Source of the DNA: a virus | Lineage: Duplodnaviria; Heunggongvirae; Uroviricota; Caudoviricetes | Reading direction: 5' to 3' (one strand) | IMG/VR virus record: IMGVR_UViG_2648501334_000009 | Span: 1-41,524 of that record | DNA length: 41,524 nucleotides | In this document: positions 9,383 to 18,595 of the stretch, piece by piece | Layout: each line of letters begins with the position of its first letter | Numbering within the stretch: the first letter of the stretch is position 1 | The notes under the pieces: model-generated | Seen by the model: the letters and a program-made list of their open reading frames with translations, nothing else | What the model was told of the DNA's origin: nothing | Database searches by the model: none | Translations under genes and position numbers: made by a program

Positions 9383-9931
9383 TTAAATCAGTGCTTCAGC
9401 ATCAGCACCTTCGCTGATATCGTCGAAATCGTCAGCGCTTGCCACTCCGCCGCCAGCGAATGCATCGCCGTCTCGCAGGAACTGGACTCCGCCGAGTGAG
9501 GCATTAATGCGTTTACCGAAATTATTGTCCTGTGCCCAGATATCGATAACGGCGTTTACATAGCACCCTGCATAGGGACGTCCATCAGCCTGAATTAGTG
9601 GCGAACGATCGCGATCAAGAACAGCTGGGCGCGCTTTGTTAGCAGCGTTCAGGAAGAAATTGCCGGGAAAGCCTTCATACTCTGCTTTTTCATCACCATC
9701 ATGCAGGCACAGATTGAGTTTTTTCTCCAGCTGGTTATAAATGGACTCCCACTTCTCCCCCCATTTTTCCTTCGCTACCTGCTTCATAGCTTTACGGATT
9801 TCTTCCAGTTGTGGGTGTTTGGGAGACATTAAAAATACTGCGGAGAAACGCGGATCGCCTTCGCCGTTTACAGTTTTAGCTTCAAACAGAGACGGGAAGG
9901 CCAGACGAACATTGTTCAGCTTCAGTTTCAT
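9383..9931 (-). CDS. DUF2815-like phage protein, putative ssDNA-binding protein
   Basis: N-terminus 'MKLKLNNVRLAFPSLFE' and acidic C-terminal tail; sits between the DUF2800-like nuclease and the polymerase as in related phage replication modules. Confidence 0.55.
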   Translation of the reverse strand: MKLKLNNVRLAFPSLFEAKTVNGEGDPRFSAVFLMSPKHPQLEEIRKAMKQVAKEKWGEKWESIYNQLEKKLNLCLHDGDEKAEYEGFPGNFFLNAANKARPAVLDRDRSPLIQADGRPYAGCYVNAVIDIWAQDNNFGKRINASLGGVQFLRDGDAFAGGGVASADDFDDISEGADAEALI

Positions 9932-9946
9932 GGGGATTTCCTTAAA

Positions 9947-11248
9947 TCAGATGAGGTCTGCGGTTAGCGTATCGTCGGATACGTCGTCGAAATCATTTAC
10001 AGGGTTGATATTGAGTGCGGGGCGTGGGTCTGACTCGGGAACGATGGTGGGTTTACCATCAGCTCGTGTTATCAGTGCCTCGACTTTTGACCAACGGCGC
10101 GGACTGGCCTTTTTGATAAGTTTTTCGGCTTTTGTGGGACTAATAAGTTTAAAGTCGAATACTTCTTCAGTTTTGTACCTGAACTGGTCCTTCAGAAGTG
10201 CGCGAGCTGCCTCTTCGTCACTCCAGGCCCGGTTACCTTGTTTTCCTGTTACCAGTTTAAACCCCGGTACCGGATGTCCGGCATTGAGTTCATTGTGAAC
10301 CCGGTCCCGTACTGCCTTTAGCCAGGATTCAATAAAGTCGGCCTGGCTATAGATCTCTGCAAGCTGCTCAATGGTTAACAGAGGTACACGTGCGCTGGCA
10401 TTGGTGATTATTTCGCTGACAGGCTTTGTCAGATCTTCAAAATCGCTGGCCGCTGTTTGTAAATGCTGCATTTTCTGGGCAGTGCAAATAGCTTTTGCTT
10501 TACAGAAGCGGCACTGTTTTTCTCCAGGTATGAAGTTTTCCAGTGGTAGTGTCTCAATGCCTTCGCATTCAGCAATATTGAGAACAAGGATCGCACTGGT
10601 TGCGGCCTCCAGCGCCCGTTTACCGAAAGACTGAAGTTCCTGTACGGTTAACGACCATTCTGAAACGTGGTTGAGCCTTGGTTGGTGAATAAATAATCTT
10701 ACAGTTTCAAAGTCATACAGCATGCTGAATTGTTCAAGCGCACCCAGAGCATACAGTTGTAGTTGCTCATTTTGTTCTGCATCAATGCGGACGCCTTTGC
10801 CATATTTCAGGTCGTGGATTTGTAATTCGTTACCAGCGATGATTATGCCGTCGGCAGTTCCGAAAGATTCTTCCACACCCGTTATATGTGAGAAATCAAC
10901 ACGTTGTTCAACCAATAGTTCATTATTCTTTGCAAGAGTCCAGACCGTATCAACATACCGGCCGACGGCTTCGACCATTTCATCATCCACCTGTGGGCCA
11001 GATGTATCATCAGGATTTTCGCGAAGGGGGTATGAGCCTAGAAACATAGAAACATTGCATCCGGCGTAGTGTTCCGGGTGGCTTTGCCTGTTTCGTAGAA
11101 CTTTTTCAGCAAGCGCGTGCGCTGCAGTGCCCTCGATTGCAAAAGTTGTTTCTTTATCCGGTTGTGTGGCCTCCAGCGCCAGACTTCCTGGGCAGCGCAT
11201 CCATCGATGCGCTGATGATGGAGAAAGTTGTGCATGAACGTCTGGCAT
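9947..11248 (-). CDS. DUF2800-like PD-(D/E)xK nuclease (Cas4-like)
   Basis: N-terminus '[15 protein letters not shown]' and a C-terminal cysteine cluster '[10 protein letters not shown]'. Confidence 0.6.
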   Translation of the reverse strand: MPDVHAQLSPSSAHRWMRCPGSLALEATQPDKETTFAIEGTAAHALAEKVLRNRQSHPEHYAGCNVSMFLGSYPLRENPDDTSGPQVDDEMVEAVGRYVDTVWTLAKNNELLVEQRVDFSHITGVEESFGTADGIIIAGNELQIHDLKYGKGVRIDAEQNEQLQLYALGALEQFSMLYDFETVRLFIHQPRLNHVSEWSLTVQELQSFGKRALEAATSAILVLNIAECEGIETLPLENFIPGEKQCRFCKAKAICTAQKMQHLQTAASDFEDLTKPVSEIITNASARVPLLTIEQLAEIYSQADFIESWLKAVRDRVHNELNAGHPVPGFKLVTGKQGNRAWSDEEAARALLKDQFRYKTEEVFDFKLISPTKAEKLIKKASPRRWSKVEALITRADGKPTIVPESDPRPALNINPVNDFDDVSDDTLTADLI

Positions 11249-11250
11249 GA

Positions 11251-12153
11251 TTAACCCTCCAGTGCTTTTTCAGCCAGGGTGATTACTTCAGCGAGATTTT
11301 CATCCGTTACTTCACCAAGTTTCCTGGCTCCCTGTTTTTCCAGAATTGCAATAGCTTCTGCCCGGTAACCCCCTTTTGCTAACTGGAGGATCAACCCTTC
11401 AGCTTGTTTGCGTAGTGCCGCGAAATCAATTGTATGGTCATCTTTGGCGTCATTATTCTGGCTGGAATTTGCTGCGTCTCTGCGTGCAAATTCTTCCTGC
11501 AGCTGAAGGTACTCAACACGGTTGATCTCGATATGGCCTTTTTTAAGCATCTCGTTCAACTTGCGTAAGGTGTGGAGTTCACTGGCTGCTGTGCCGGATA
11601 CATTTTTGACGTAAAACGGCCCCGTGCGTTCTCCATCTTTGTTACTGGCCTTTTTCGGCTTAACTTCATCACGCCCATCTGCAGGTGCATCAAGTAGCTG
11701 CTCGGCAAAAGCACGTCGCTCGCCGATGGTTGGCAGGTCGTCCCAGAACTTAAGAATGTTACGGGACAGGTCCAGGAGAGCAGGTTTAAGCAGCTCCCTG
11801 GCTCGTTTGACGCCCTGTAATGCGCTGTCGAGAGCATCAATCTGAACTACTCGTTTATCGCCTTCAGCATCACGGTAGGCAACAGCACGTTGCAGCATGT
11901 CTTCTGTGATAGGGGTGGCTACCGGGTAGAAACCAGCCAGTGCGATAACGTCGCTGAACTCAAGATCATCCAGTGTCATTGCCGCTGACATGTTTTCAGC
12001 TTCAGTTGCTGTATCCCGACATTCCTGCACTCGTGAAATCGTGTCAGGATGCATAACAATGCCTGATGCCATTGTGCGGATAAGACGTTCAAGCAGCGCA
12101 TTATGTTGTGCCAGAAGTTGATTATTAAGTTCTAGACTGGTTTCTAAACTCAT
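11251..12153 (-). CDS. Hypothetical phage early protein
   Basis: 300-aa ORF in the early-left operon with no recognisable motif. Confidence 0.45.
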   Translation of the reverse strand: MSLETSLELNNQLLAQHNALLERLIRTMASGIVMHPDTISRVQECRDTATEAENMSAAMTLDDLEFSDVIALAGFYPVATPITEDMLQRAVAYRDAEGDKRVVQIDALDSALQGVKRARELLKPALLDLSRNILKFWDDLPTIGERRAFAEQLLDAPADGRDEVKPKKASNKDGERTGPFYVKNVSGTAASELHTLRKLNEMLKKGHIEINRVEYLQLQEEFARRDAANSSQNNDAKDDHTIDFAALRKQAEGLILQLAKGGYRAEAIAILEKQGARKLGEVTDENLAEVITLAEKALEG

Positions 12154-12332
12154 ACTGTGGTCCTCGCTACAAGGAGAATGAAAGTGATGATCAGACCGAG
12201 CGCAGTGGCAACGGCCAGACCGGTCATCAAATCGAAGTTTTTACGGCGATAACGGAGAACATCGCGCCCCGTCAGTCGATGGATGTGTTCAGGTTTCATC
12301 GGTTGTATTCCTTTTTTCATATCGGGGAGCAC
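12150..12332 (-). CDS. Small hypothetical membrane protein
   Basis: 60 aa with one C-terminal transmembrane helix; stop/start overlap with the downstream gene. Confidence 0.35.
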   Translation of the reverse strand: MLPDMKKGIQPMKPEHIHRLTGRDVLRYRRKNFDLMTGLAVATALGLIITFILLVARTTV

Positions 12333-12415
12333 GCTGTTGCGAGTGCGCTTTCAGACATAAAAAAGCCCGTCACGTGAGGCGGGCAAAGACTACACACAGC
12401 AATTACATGGATGAT

Positions 12416-12610
12416 TCAGTTGGTATTGTGCGTACGTGGTACCACAAGGTTGAAGCGGACACGCCAGTGCGTTGCAATGGTATGCAGGAAAGCACCACAT
12501 CCAGGGCAGTGCTCATAACATTCGTTGATTTGGTATCGTTTTGGCTTTGGTGTCAGAAGCTGTGTTTGGCAAGCAGGGCATTCACCTTTGAGCGGTTTAT
12601 ACGTTTTCAC
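12416..12610 (-). CDS. Small zinc-ribbon protein
   Basis: 64 aa with CPAC...CPGC cysteine pairs; first gene leftward of the immunity region. Confidence 0.4.
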   Translation of the reverse strand: MKTYKPLKGECPACQTQLLTPKPKRYQINECYEHCPGCGAFLHTIATHWRVRFNLVVPRTHNTN

Positions 12611-12932
12611 GCCGTTTCCTCATTCAGTTCACTTTGGTGGTTCGGCGGCTTCGACTTGTATCAGTAGACAGTGCTTCGCCGCACCCCAAAGGGAACTTAC
12701 TGACCCGTATTGCCGACATCCTGTCCCGCCACGGTCCCGACGCATGGTTTAGAGTCGCGCCGTTCGACTTGTGGCTAAAGATACAATTTGAGTTGTATTG
12801 TGTAAACCACAAATGTGGTATTTTGTGGGGTGTGAATACTACTTTATTGATATTTAAGTGAATTTAATTTGTAAGACTTTACAAATGGGGTAAGGGAGGC
12901 TGTTACGCCTCCCGATATTTACGGTGGGAATA

Positions 12933-13556
12933 CTAACGTTTACGGCGGTAAATACGGTGTTCGATCATTACACCTATGATCTGTAAGTTCATATCTGCAC
13001 TACGAAAAATAGGGTAATCAGGATTTAGGGGGATTAATTCAAAGTCGTCGATGCCGATTCCTAATGGACGGTATTTTTTAAATGTAGCTTCGTGACCGTC
13101 GTTTTTGGCGACAACAAACTCCCCTGGTGCAGGACATAGATCAGGATCGATGATAACAATGTCTCCTTCTTTAAACTCTGGTTGCATGCTGTCGCCATCG
13201 ATACGTAATGCGAAGCATGTTTCTGGAATGTCAGAGTCTGCCAAAATATATTCAAATTCCCCTGTCAGATCTGTTATGTCTCTTGCTTCTGTAAGCTCTC
13301 CTGCCTGAACGTAACTTAATATAGGTATGCGTCTGGTACTTATCTCCGCGAGAGGCATAATATTTTTACCGTTCAGTAGCCAGTCTGGGCTACATTTCAA
13401 GGCCTTAGCCAGATCCAGAAGATTGCGTGGCTTTCTGGTTCGTCCGCTTTCGATGGATTCTATGGATTGTTGGCTAACCCCTGCAGAATTCGCTACTTCC
13501 ACTTGAGTCATTCCTAATTCCAAACGACGTGCTTTAAAACGGGCTGCGAGAGACAT
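12933..13556 (-). CDS. cI: CI-like prophage repressor (HTH plus S24 LexA-like peptidase domain)
   Basis: N-terminal HTH 'LGMTQVEVANSAGVSQQSIESIESG'; C-terminal Ser/Lys dyad region 'RIDGDSMQPEF...VVAKNDG'; start at the internal Met with a GAAGGA ribosome-binding site; divergent from cro. Confidence 0.85.
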   Translation of the reverse strand: MSLAARFKARRLELGMTQVEVANSAGVSQQSIESIESGRTRKPRNLLDLAKALKCSPDWLLNGKNIMPLAEISTRRIPILSYVQAGELTEARDITDLTGEFEYILADSDIPETCFALRIDGDSMQPEFKEGDIVIIDPDLCPAPGEFVVAKNDGHEATFKKYRPLGIGIDDFELIPLNPDYPIFRSADMNLQIIGVMIEHRIYRRKR

Positions 13557-13676
13557 GGGATTAGTCCTTCTGGGTTGTATTAATGTGTATCCCCACATTA
13601 AAAACAATTTTTGTTGTATTTGACAAACCTCATTTGTTGTTGCTAAATACCACTAAAATTGTATGAGGTGAAAGCA
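13557..13676. promoter_or_regulatory. cI-cro intergenic operator/promoter region
   Basis: 22-bp palindrome TTAATGTG-N6-CACATTAA at 13580..13601; TTGACA at 13620..13625 and TAAATA at 13644..13649 about 18 bp apart; GAGGTG ribosome-binding site before cro. Confidence 0.5.
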
Positions 13677-13889
13677 ATGACCTTAGCGACCCGAGTAAAA
13701 GAACGACGTAAAGAACTCAAAATGACGCAAGTTACGTTGGCTGAGCTCACAGGAGTGAGCCAGCAGGCAATAAACAGAATTGAAAGTGGTGTTATTGCTC
13801 GGCCACGTTATCTTCTTGAAATGTCTATAGCATTGGATTGCGACCCTAATTGGCTGTTGTATGGCTCACAAAACGATAAAAAGGCTTAA
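13677..13889 (+). CDS. cro: Cro-like HTH regulator
   Basis: HTH 'MTQVTLAELTGVSQQAINRIESG'; divergent from the repressor gene. Confidence 0.7.
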   Translation: MTLATRVKERRKELKMTQVTLAELTGVSQQAINRIESGVIARPRYLLEMSIALDCDPNWLLYGSQNDKKA

Positions 13890-13892
13890 CCC

Positions 13893-16085
13893 ATGTCCGA
13901 TAGCAAACCATGGGGAGCTACGCCTGATGAGTGGTTTCATTTCGACCTGGTATTGGGGAGAACTGATCATCTTCTCCCAGTTGTATGTAACCCCAGTGCG
14001 ACCATATCCCCTGATAGTAAACTGAAAGCGTTGGGTAAGACGCCGAGTCGCTATAACCGGGACCGCCAGGTCACCGGTATTGCTCAATGGACCGGGCATG
14101 TTGTTACTGAGCATGATTTTGCCCGCTGGTCGAATGAACCGGATTATGGCATCTGCGTGCGTACAGGCCATGGCTGGCTGGCGCTGGACTGTGATAGCGA
14201 AGATGAAGACATTCAGGCAGATATTCGCAAAACGCTTGTGCAACGTCTGGGTGAGTTGCCGCCGCGACGCTGGCGAGCAAACAGTAATAAGTGTCTGTAT
14301 CTGCTGGCCGTTGATGGTGATTTCCGTAAGCGTATCCATCGCCTGGCGGGGGATATGGGCATTATCGAGTTGCTGGCGAACGGGCAGCAGTTCGTTGCCT
14401 GCGGTACGCACAGCAGCGGCGCGCGTATTGAATGGGACGGCGGTTTGCCGGATGAACCTCCGGCTATTACTGGTGAGCAGCTTGAAACGCTGTGGCAGCG
14501 CCTGGCTGAACAACTCCCTGTGTCGGTAACCACCGAAGCGGGCAACACGAAGATGCGCGACCGATCAGCATTCACGCCCGGCGCGACGGATGATACAGCT
14601 GAATATCTTGATGCCAATGGCTGGACGCTGCTGGATGGCGCAAATGGTGAACGATATATCCGCTGTCCGTTTGAAGACGGCCACAGTAGCGGGGGCGATC
14701 CAACAAGCACAGTTTATTTTCCTGCGGGAACCGCGGGCTTTGAGCAGGGGCATTTTAAATGCCTGCATGCCAGTTGTGCGCATCGTGATGACGGAGATTT
14801 CCTTAATGCCATCGGGATCCGCAACGACGATTTCGAAGATCTGACCAGCACCGAAGTGGCGGAACCTTTACCGCTGCCTGCTTTCGAGCGTGATAAATGG
14901 GGGCGTATCGAGGCAACAATCAGCAACGCAGCCAAAGCAGTAGTACGCCCTGATTTTGTGGACATCGATATTCGCTTTGACCAGTTCCGCGACGAAATCA
15001 TGTTTGCCCCTGCAGGATCCGGACAATGGCGGGCATTCACTGATGCGGATTATGCGCGCCTACGCATCACGATGGAAAAGCGGGGATTTAAACCTGTTGG
15101 TCGTGAACTTATTCGCGATGTGGTGTTACTTGCAGCCGATGAACAACCATTCGATTCAGCGATCACCTGGCTGAACGGACTGGAGTGGGATGGCGTGCCG
15201 CGCATCGAATGTTTCTACCATACGCACTTCGGTACCGCCGACACGCCTTATACCCGTGCGGTGTCTATGTACATGTGGACCGCGTTGGCGGGGCGAGTAC
15301 TGGAGCCAGGCATCAAAGCGGATATGGTGCCGATCCTCGTTGGTCCGCAGGGCTGCGGTAAGTCTTCCGGAGTGGAGGCACTGAGCCCTGATCCTGCGTT
15401 TTTTACTGAAATCTCTTTTGCCGAAAAAGACGATGATCTCGCTCGAAAAATGCGTGGTCGGCTGGTGGCAGAGATTGGTGAACTGCGCGGACTTAATACC
15501 AAAGAGCTGGAGTCAATCAAAGCGTTTGTGACGCGTACTCACGAAAACTGGATCCCGAAATACCGGGAGTTCGCCACCCAGTTTCCTCGTCGCCTGGTGT
15601 TCGTTGGTACCACTAATGAGGACGAATTCCTTGCGGACAAGACTGGTAACCGTCGCTGGCTCCCCGTGGAAGTGTCGAAAGTCGACGTGAAAGCGATAAA
15701 AAGAGATCTCCTTTTACTTTGGGCTGAGGCTCGTGAGGTGTTTCAGCGTCTGGGGGGTATCCAGTTCCGTGAGGCTGAACAACTGGCAGCGAGTGTCCAT
15801 GAACAGTACACCATCAAGGATGCTTGGCTTGAAACGGTAGAGAAATGGCTCGACACGCCAGACCTGATGACTAATGAACTTCCGCGAAATTGCGAATTTT
15901 TACGCGCAAGTGATGTTTTGCGTGATGCGATTGGGCTAAATCCTGACCGCATCGGAAAACGCGAAGAAATGCGAATTAGTAATGTTTTGCAAAATTGCGG
16001 GTATAAGCGTGCCCAAAGGCGAATTGGGGGGAAAATGACTCGAATTTTTGAGGCGGTGTCCCAACCTGTACCAACCTCAAAATAG
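13893..16085 (+). CDS. Bifunctional primase/helicase-type replication protein (P4-alpha-like, P-loop NTPase)
   Basis: N-terminal primase-polymerase-like region; Walker A 'VGPQGCGKSS'; Walker B-like 'RLVFVGTTNE'. Confidence 0.75.
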   Translation: MSDSKPWGATPDEWFHFDLVLGRTDHLLPVVCNPSATISPDSKLKALGKTPSRYNRDRQVTGIAQWTGHVVTEHDFARWSNEPDYGICVRTGHGWLALDCDSEDEDIQADIRKTLVQRLGELPPRRWRANSNKCLYLLAVDGDFRKRIHRLAGDMGIIELLANGQQFVACGTHSSGARIEWDGGLPDEPPAITGEQLETLWQRLAEQLPVSVTTEAGNTKMRDRSAFTPGATDDTAEYLDANGWTLLDGANGERYIRCPFEDGHSSGGDPTSTVYFPAGTAGFEQGHFKCLHASCAHRDDGDFLNAIGIRNDDFEDLTSTEVAEPLPLPAFERDKWGRIEATISNAAKAVVRPDFVDIDIRFDQFRDEIMFAPAGSGQWRAFTDADYARLRITMEKRGFKPVGRELIRDVVLLAADEQPFDSAITWLNGLEWDGVPRIECFYHTHFGTADTPYTRAVSMYMWTALAGRVLEPGIKADMVPILVGPQGCGKSSGVEALSPDPAFFTEISFAEKDDDLARKMRGRLVAEIGELRGLNTKELESIKAFVTRTHENWIPKYREFATQFPRRLVFVGTTNEDEFLADKTGNRRWLPVEVSKVDVKAIKRDLLLLWAEAREVFQRLGGIQFREAEQLAASVHEQYTIKDAWLETVEKWLDTPDLMTNELPRNCEFLRASDVLRDAIGLNPDRIGKREEMRISNVLQNCGYKRAQRRIGGKMTRIFEAVSQPVPTSK

Positions 16086-16240
16086 AGGTTGGTACATTTT
16101 AACTAATTGAATTTAAAGGCCAGTACCAACTGTACCATCTGTACCAACCTAATTACTAAGAACCCCATATATATATATAAGTCGCTTGGGGAAAAGGTTT
16201 GAAAAGAGCTGGTACAGGTGGGTACAGGTTGGTACAGGCC
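16066..16240. repeat. Iteron array (candidate replication origin or protein-binding array)
   Basis: At least eight copies of the core TGTACC/GGTACA in both orientations; three tandem 10-bp repeats GGTACAGG(T/C)N at 16211, 16221, 16231; an ATATATATATA tract at 16168..16179; a 12-bp inverted repeat across the primase stop (TGTACCAACCTC/GAGGTTGGTACA). Confidence 0.5.
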
Positions 16241-16366
16241 GAACAAGGAATTTTTTGCACATAACAGCGTGTAATAAGCGAATCGGAACTGCGTTATCCA
16301 CACCCACGGATAAACAAACGTGGTTCTCAGAAAATTTTTTCGTAGCAAAACGTAGAGGTCAGAGCT

Positions 16367-16801
16367 ATGCGTAATATTCAACAGGTTTTAGAGCGCTGGG
16401 GTGGCTGGGCTGCCAATAGCAACACCACAGTGAGCTGGGCTCCAATAGCGGCGGGATTTAAAGGGCTGGTAGTCAGCAGCTCGCCTGGCAGGCTGAGTTG
16501 CTGTGACGACGATGGCCTGATTATCGATGCTTGCGTCTGTCGACTGCAGCAGGTCCGTAAGCCTGAGGAACTGGACGTCATTATGCTGTACTACGTCTAC
16601 GGGTTAAGCAAACGTGAGATAGGGCGGCGGCGTCGCTGTTCTGAAGGATTTATCCGCCAGCAGTTGCAGGTAGCTGAGGGATTCATTGAGGGGTGTCTCT
16701 GCATGCTGGGTGTGAGCCTTCAGATGGATCCTGAGGTCGAAATTCAAAGGGATGAAAAAAGTATTAGTGCGCTACGCAAAAACTGCGCTACGCTGGTATG
16801 A
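16367..16801 (+). CDS. Q: Late-gene antiterminator Q
   Basis: N-terminus 'MRNIQQVLERWGGWAAN' and the 'CCDDD' motif match my recollection of lambdoid Q (QuuD-like) proteins; sits upstream of the lysis cassette. Confidence 0.75.
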   Translation: MRNIQQVLERWGGWAANSNTTVSWAPIAAGFKGLVVSSSPGRLSCCDDDGLIIDACVCRLQQVRKPEELDVIMLYYVYGLSKREIGRRRRCSEGFIRQQLQVAEGFIEGCLCMLGVSLQMDPEVEIQRDEKSISALRKNCATLV

Positions 16802-16825
16802 GTTGAATTTCTGACCTCAACGAAG

Positions 16826-16850
16826 AGCTCCAAATCATTGGGGCTTTTTT
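16826..16850 (+). terminator. Candidate rho-independent terminator just after Q
   Basis: AGCTCC-AAATCATT-GGGGCT (one G-U pair) followed by TTTTTT. Confidence 0.4.
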
Positions 16851-17080
16851 AATGCTTTATTCTCAGTAAAAGTTAATAAAACAGGGTTTTCGTCGCGAAA
16901 AAACGCTATGCAGTTTTTGCCCTTTTTTATGCACCTTTTATTCACTCGAATTTCGCCATTCTGGACCACTTAAGTTGATTAAATAGGCCTTTCATCGCAA
17001 ATCTATTGCGAGCGGTGATCGTGTGGTTCCTATAACGTACATTATGTTAAATAACTTCCTTTTTTAACAAATTTAACAAG

Positions 17081-17103
17081 GTTCGCTATGGCGAACTTTT
17101 TTT
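17081..17103 (+). terminator. Candidate tR'-like terminator upstream of the lysis genes
   Basis: GTTCGC-TATG-GCGAAC followed by TTTTTTT. Confidence 0.45.
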
Positions 17104-17204
17104 GTATTCAGGGCCCACCGAAGGACGGCTCATAACCCAATCCTACGGGCGTATACGCAGGGCCCGCCTTTCAACAACACCCCGTAATGGCGGAGGTGGG
17201 AAGT

Positions 17205-17546
17205 ATGAAAATGCACAATGCTCCTCATTCCTGGCCTGACTTACTGGAACTCTTACAAAGTTGGTGGCGTGGAGATACGCCGTTGGGCGCAGTGGTTATG
17301 TCAATTGTTATGGCTGGCTTGCGCATTGCCTATTTTGGCGGTGGCGGCGGCTGGAAACGAAAAACGCTTGAGATTTTGCTCTGTGGTGCTCTGACGCTGA
17401 CTTTTGCATCCGCTCTTGAGTATGTCGGATGGCCTAAATCGCTTTCTGTTGCCATTGGTGGTGGTGTTGGGCTGATCGGTGTCGATGCTATTCGTGGGGC
17501 TGCAATGCGAGTAATCGGTAACAAGTTTGGTGGCTCTAAGGAGTAA
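17205..17546 (+). CDS. S: Class I holin (lambda S-like)
   Basis: 'MKM' dual-start N-terminus, three hydrophobic helices and a charged C-terminus; immediately upstream of the endolysin. Confidence 0.75.
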   Translation: MKMHNAPHSWPDLLELLQSWWRGDTPLGAVVMSIVMAGLRIAYFGGGGGWKRKTLEILLCGALTLTFASALEYVGWPKSLSVAIGGGVGLIGVDAIRGAAMRVIGNKFGGSKE

Positions 17547-17549
17547 TTC

Positions 17550-18026
17550 ATGCAGACACTAAATTCCCAACGTAAAGCTTTCCTGGATATGGTGGCATGG
17601 TCAGAAGGAACGGATAACGGGCGACAACCGACACGTAATCACGGTTATGACGTTATCGTCGGAGGTGAGTTGTTCACTGATTACTCCGATCACCCTCGCA
17701 AACTTGTCACGCTAAACCCGAAGCTTAAATCAACAGCCGCAGGCCGGTATCAGCTTCTTTCACGCTGGTGGGATGCCTACCGCAAGCAGCTTGGCCTGAA
17801 AGATTTTTCGCCAGAAAGTCAGGACGCTGTGGCGCTGCAGCAGATTAAAGAGCGTGGCGCTTTACCGATGATTGACCGTGGCGATATTCGTCAGGCAATC
17901 GACCGTTGCAGCAATATCTGGGCGTCGTTACCTGGTGCAGGTTACGGTCAGTATGAACATAAAATCGGTGACCTGATTTCCAGGTTTAAAGATGCTGGTG
18001 GGGTGGTAAATGAAGCTGACTTATAA
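17550..18026 (+). CDS. R: Endolysin, lambda R-type lytic transglycosylase
   Basis: Near-identical to lambda R as I recall it ('NQRKAFLDM.AWSEGTDNGRQ.TRNHGYDVIVGGELFTDYSDHPRKLVTLNPKLKST.AGRYQLLSRWWDAYRKQLGL'). Confidence 0.9.
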   Translation: MQTLNSQRKAFLDMVAWSEGTDNGRQPTRNHGYDVIVGGELFTDYSDHPRKLVTLNPKLKSTAAGRYQLLSRWWDAYRKQLGLKDFSPESQDAVALQQIKERGALPMIDRGDIRQAIDRCSNIWASLPGAGYGQYEHKIGDLISRFKDAGGVVNEADL

Positions 18027-18534
18027 GATTGTCATCGCGGCATTTTTCTTCTCTGTCTTTGGGGCGCTCGTCTGGTCTGCAAACCATTACCACAGCAAGT
18101 ATCAGGCAGAAAAGTTGCGGGCTGATAAAGCGGAAGGTGAAGCTGAATATCAAGGGAAAGTGATAGCTAATCAGGCATTAAACTTCAATCGTTTTAACCA
18201 GATAGCAGAAAACGCAAGCCGATTAAATTCTCTGGTCGACATCGGTCACGAGAAGACAGTCATCAAATACCGTGAGGTTCTGCTCCGTGAAAAGAACTGT
18301 GATTTCCCTGTTCCTGTTGATATTGCTGTCGGGTTGCTCAACTACGCGAACCGTTTACGCGCCAGCGCATTGCACGCCGATTCCGGGGACATTGACTCAG
18401 CCGGTGATCGTGCCACTACCACCAGAACGTTGACATATTGCCAGGCTGTTCTGTGGATTAACCCACTGTTGGCAGCCATCGAGAAGGCGAATAACCAGTT
18501 GGCTGGTGTCCGACAAATAGAACAGTCCCGGTAA
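18010..18534 (+). CDS. Rz: Rz i-spanin
   Basis: N-terminal transmembrane helix plus coiled-coil periplasmic domain; overlaps the endolysin stop; 'WSANHY' resembles lambda Rz 'WAVNHY'. Confidence 0.7.
   Translation: MKLTYKIVIAAFFFSVFGALVWSANHYHSKYQAEKLRADKAEGEAEYQGKVIANQALNFNRFNQIAENASRLNSLVDIGHEKTVIKYREVLLREKNCDFPVPVDIAVGLLNYANRLRASALHADSGDIDSAGDRATTTRTLTYCQAVLWINPLLAAIEKANNQLAGVRQIEQSR
18287..18433 (+). CDS. Rz1: Rz1 o-spanin lipoprotein, embedded in the +1 frame of Rz
   Basis: GTG start with GAGG upstream; translation VKRTVISLFLLILLSGCSTTRTVYAPAHCTPIPGTLTQPVIVPLPPER has lipobox LSGC and a proline-rich mature peptide. Confidence 0.55.
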   Translation: MKRTVISLFLLILLSGCSTTRTVYAPAHCTPIPGTLTQPVIVPLPPER

Positions 18535-18595
18535 TAGCATTACAGAAGCTCTTCCAGGAGGGGCTTCGATAATGACCTGATAACTGGAAAATAAA

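Noticed and set aside
13061-13308. Small ORFs on both strands inside the cI repressor gene
   Set aside because: They are nested within the repressor coding sequence, which has clear HTH and S24 peptidase motifs.
14080-15520. Multiple 60- to 165-aa ORFs in other frames across the primase gene
   Set aside because: All are nested in the primase coding sequence with no independent signals; they are frame-shadow ORFs.
16066-16240. Possible CRISPR array, because of short repeated units
   Set aside because: The repeats are 6-10 bp, occur in both orientations, and have no regularly spaced unique spacers or adjacent cas genes. This is an iteron-type array, not CRISPR.
16103-16381. 92-aa minus-strand ORF between the primase and Q genes
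   Set aside because: It lies entirely within the iteron/AT-tract region, has no convincing ribosome-binding site, and its sequence is dominated by translated repeats. The region is better explained as a cis-acting origin or binding array.
16802-17186. Possible tRNA gene downstream of Q, as seen in some lambdoid phages
   Set aside because: Reading the region by eye I found no acceptor-stem/T-arm arrangement or GTTC-type T-loop in a cloverleaf context, only terminator-like hairpins. A tRNAscan run would be needed to exclude it fully.
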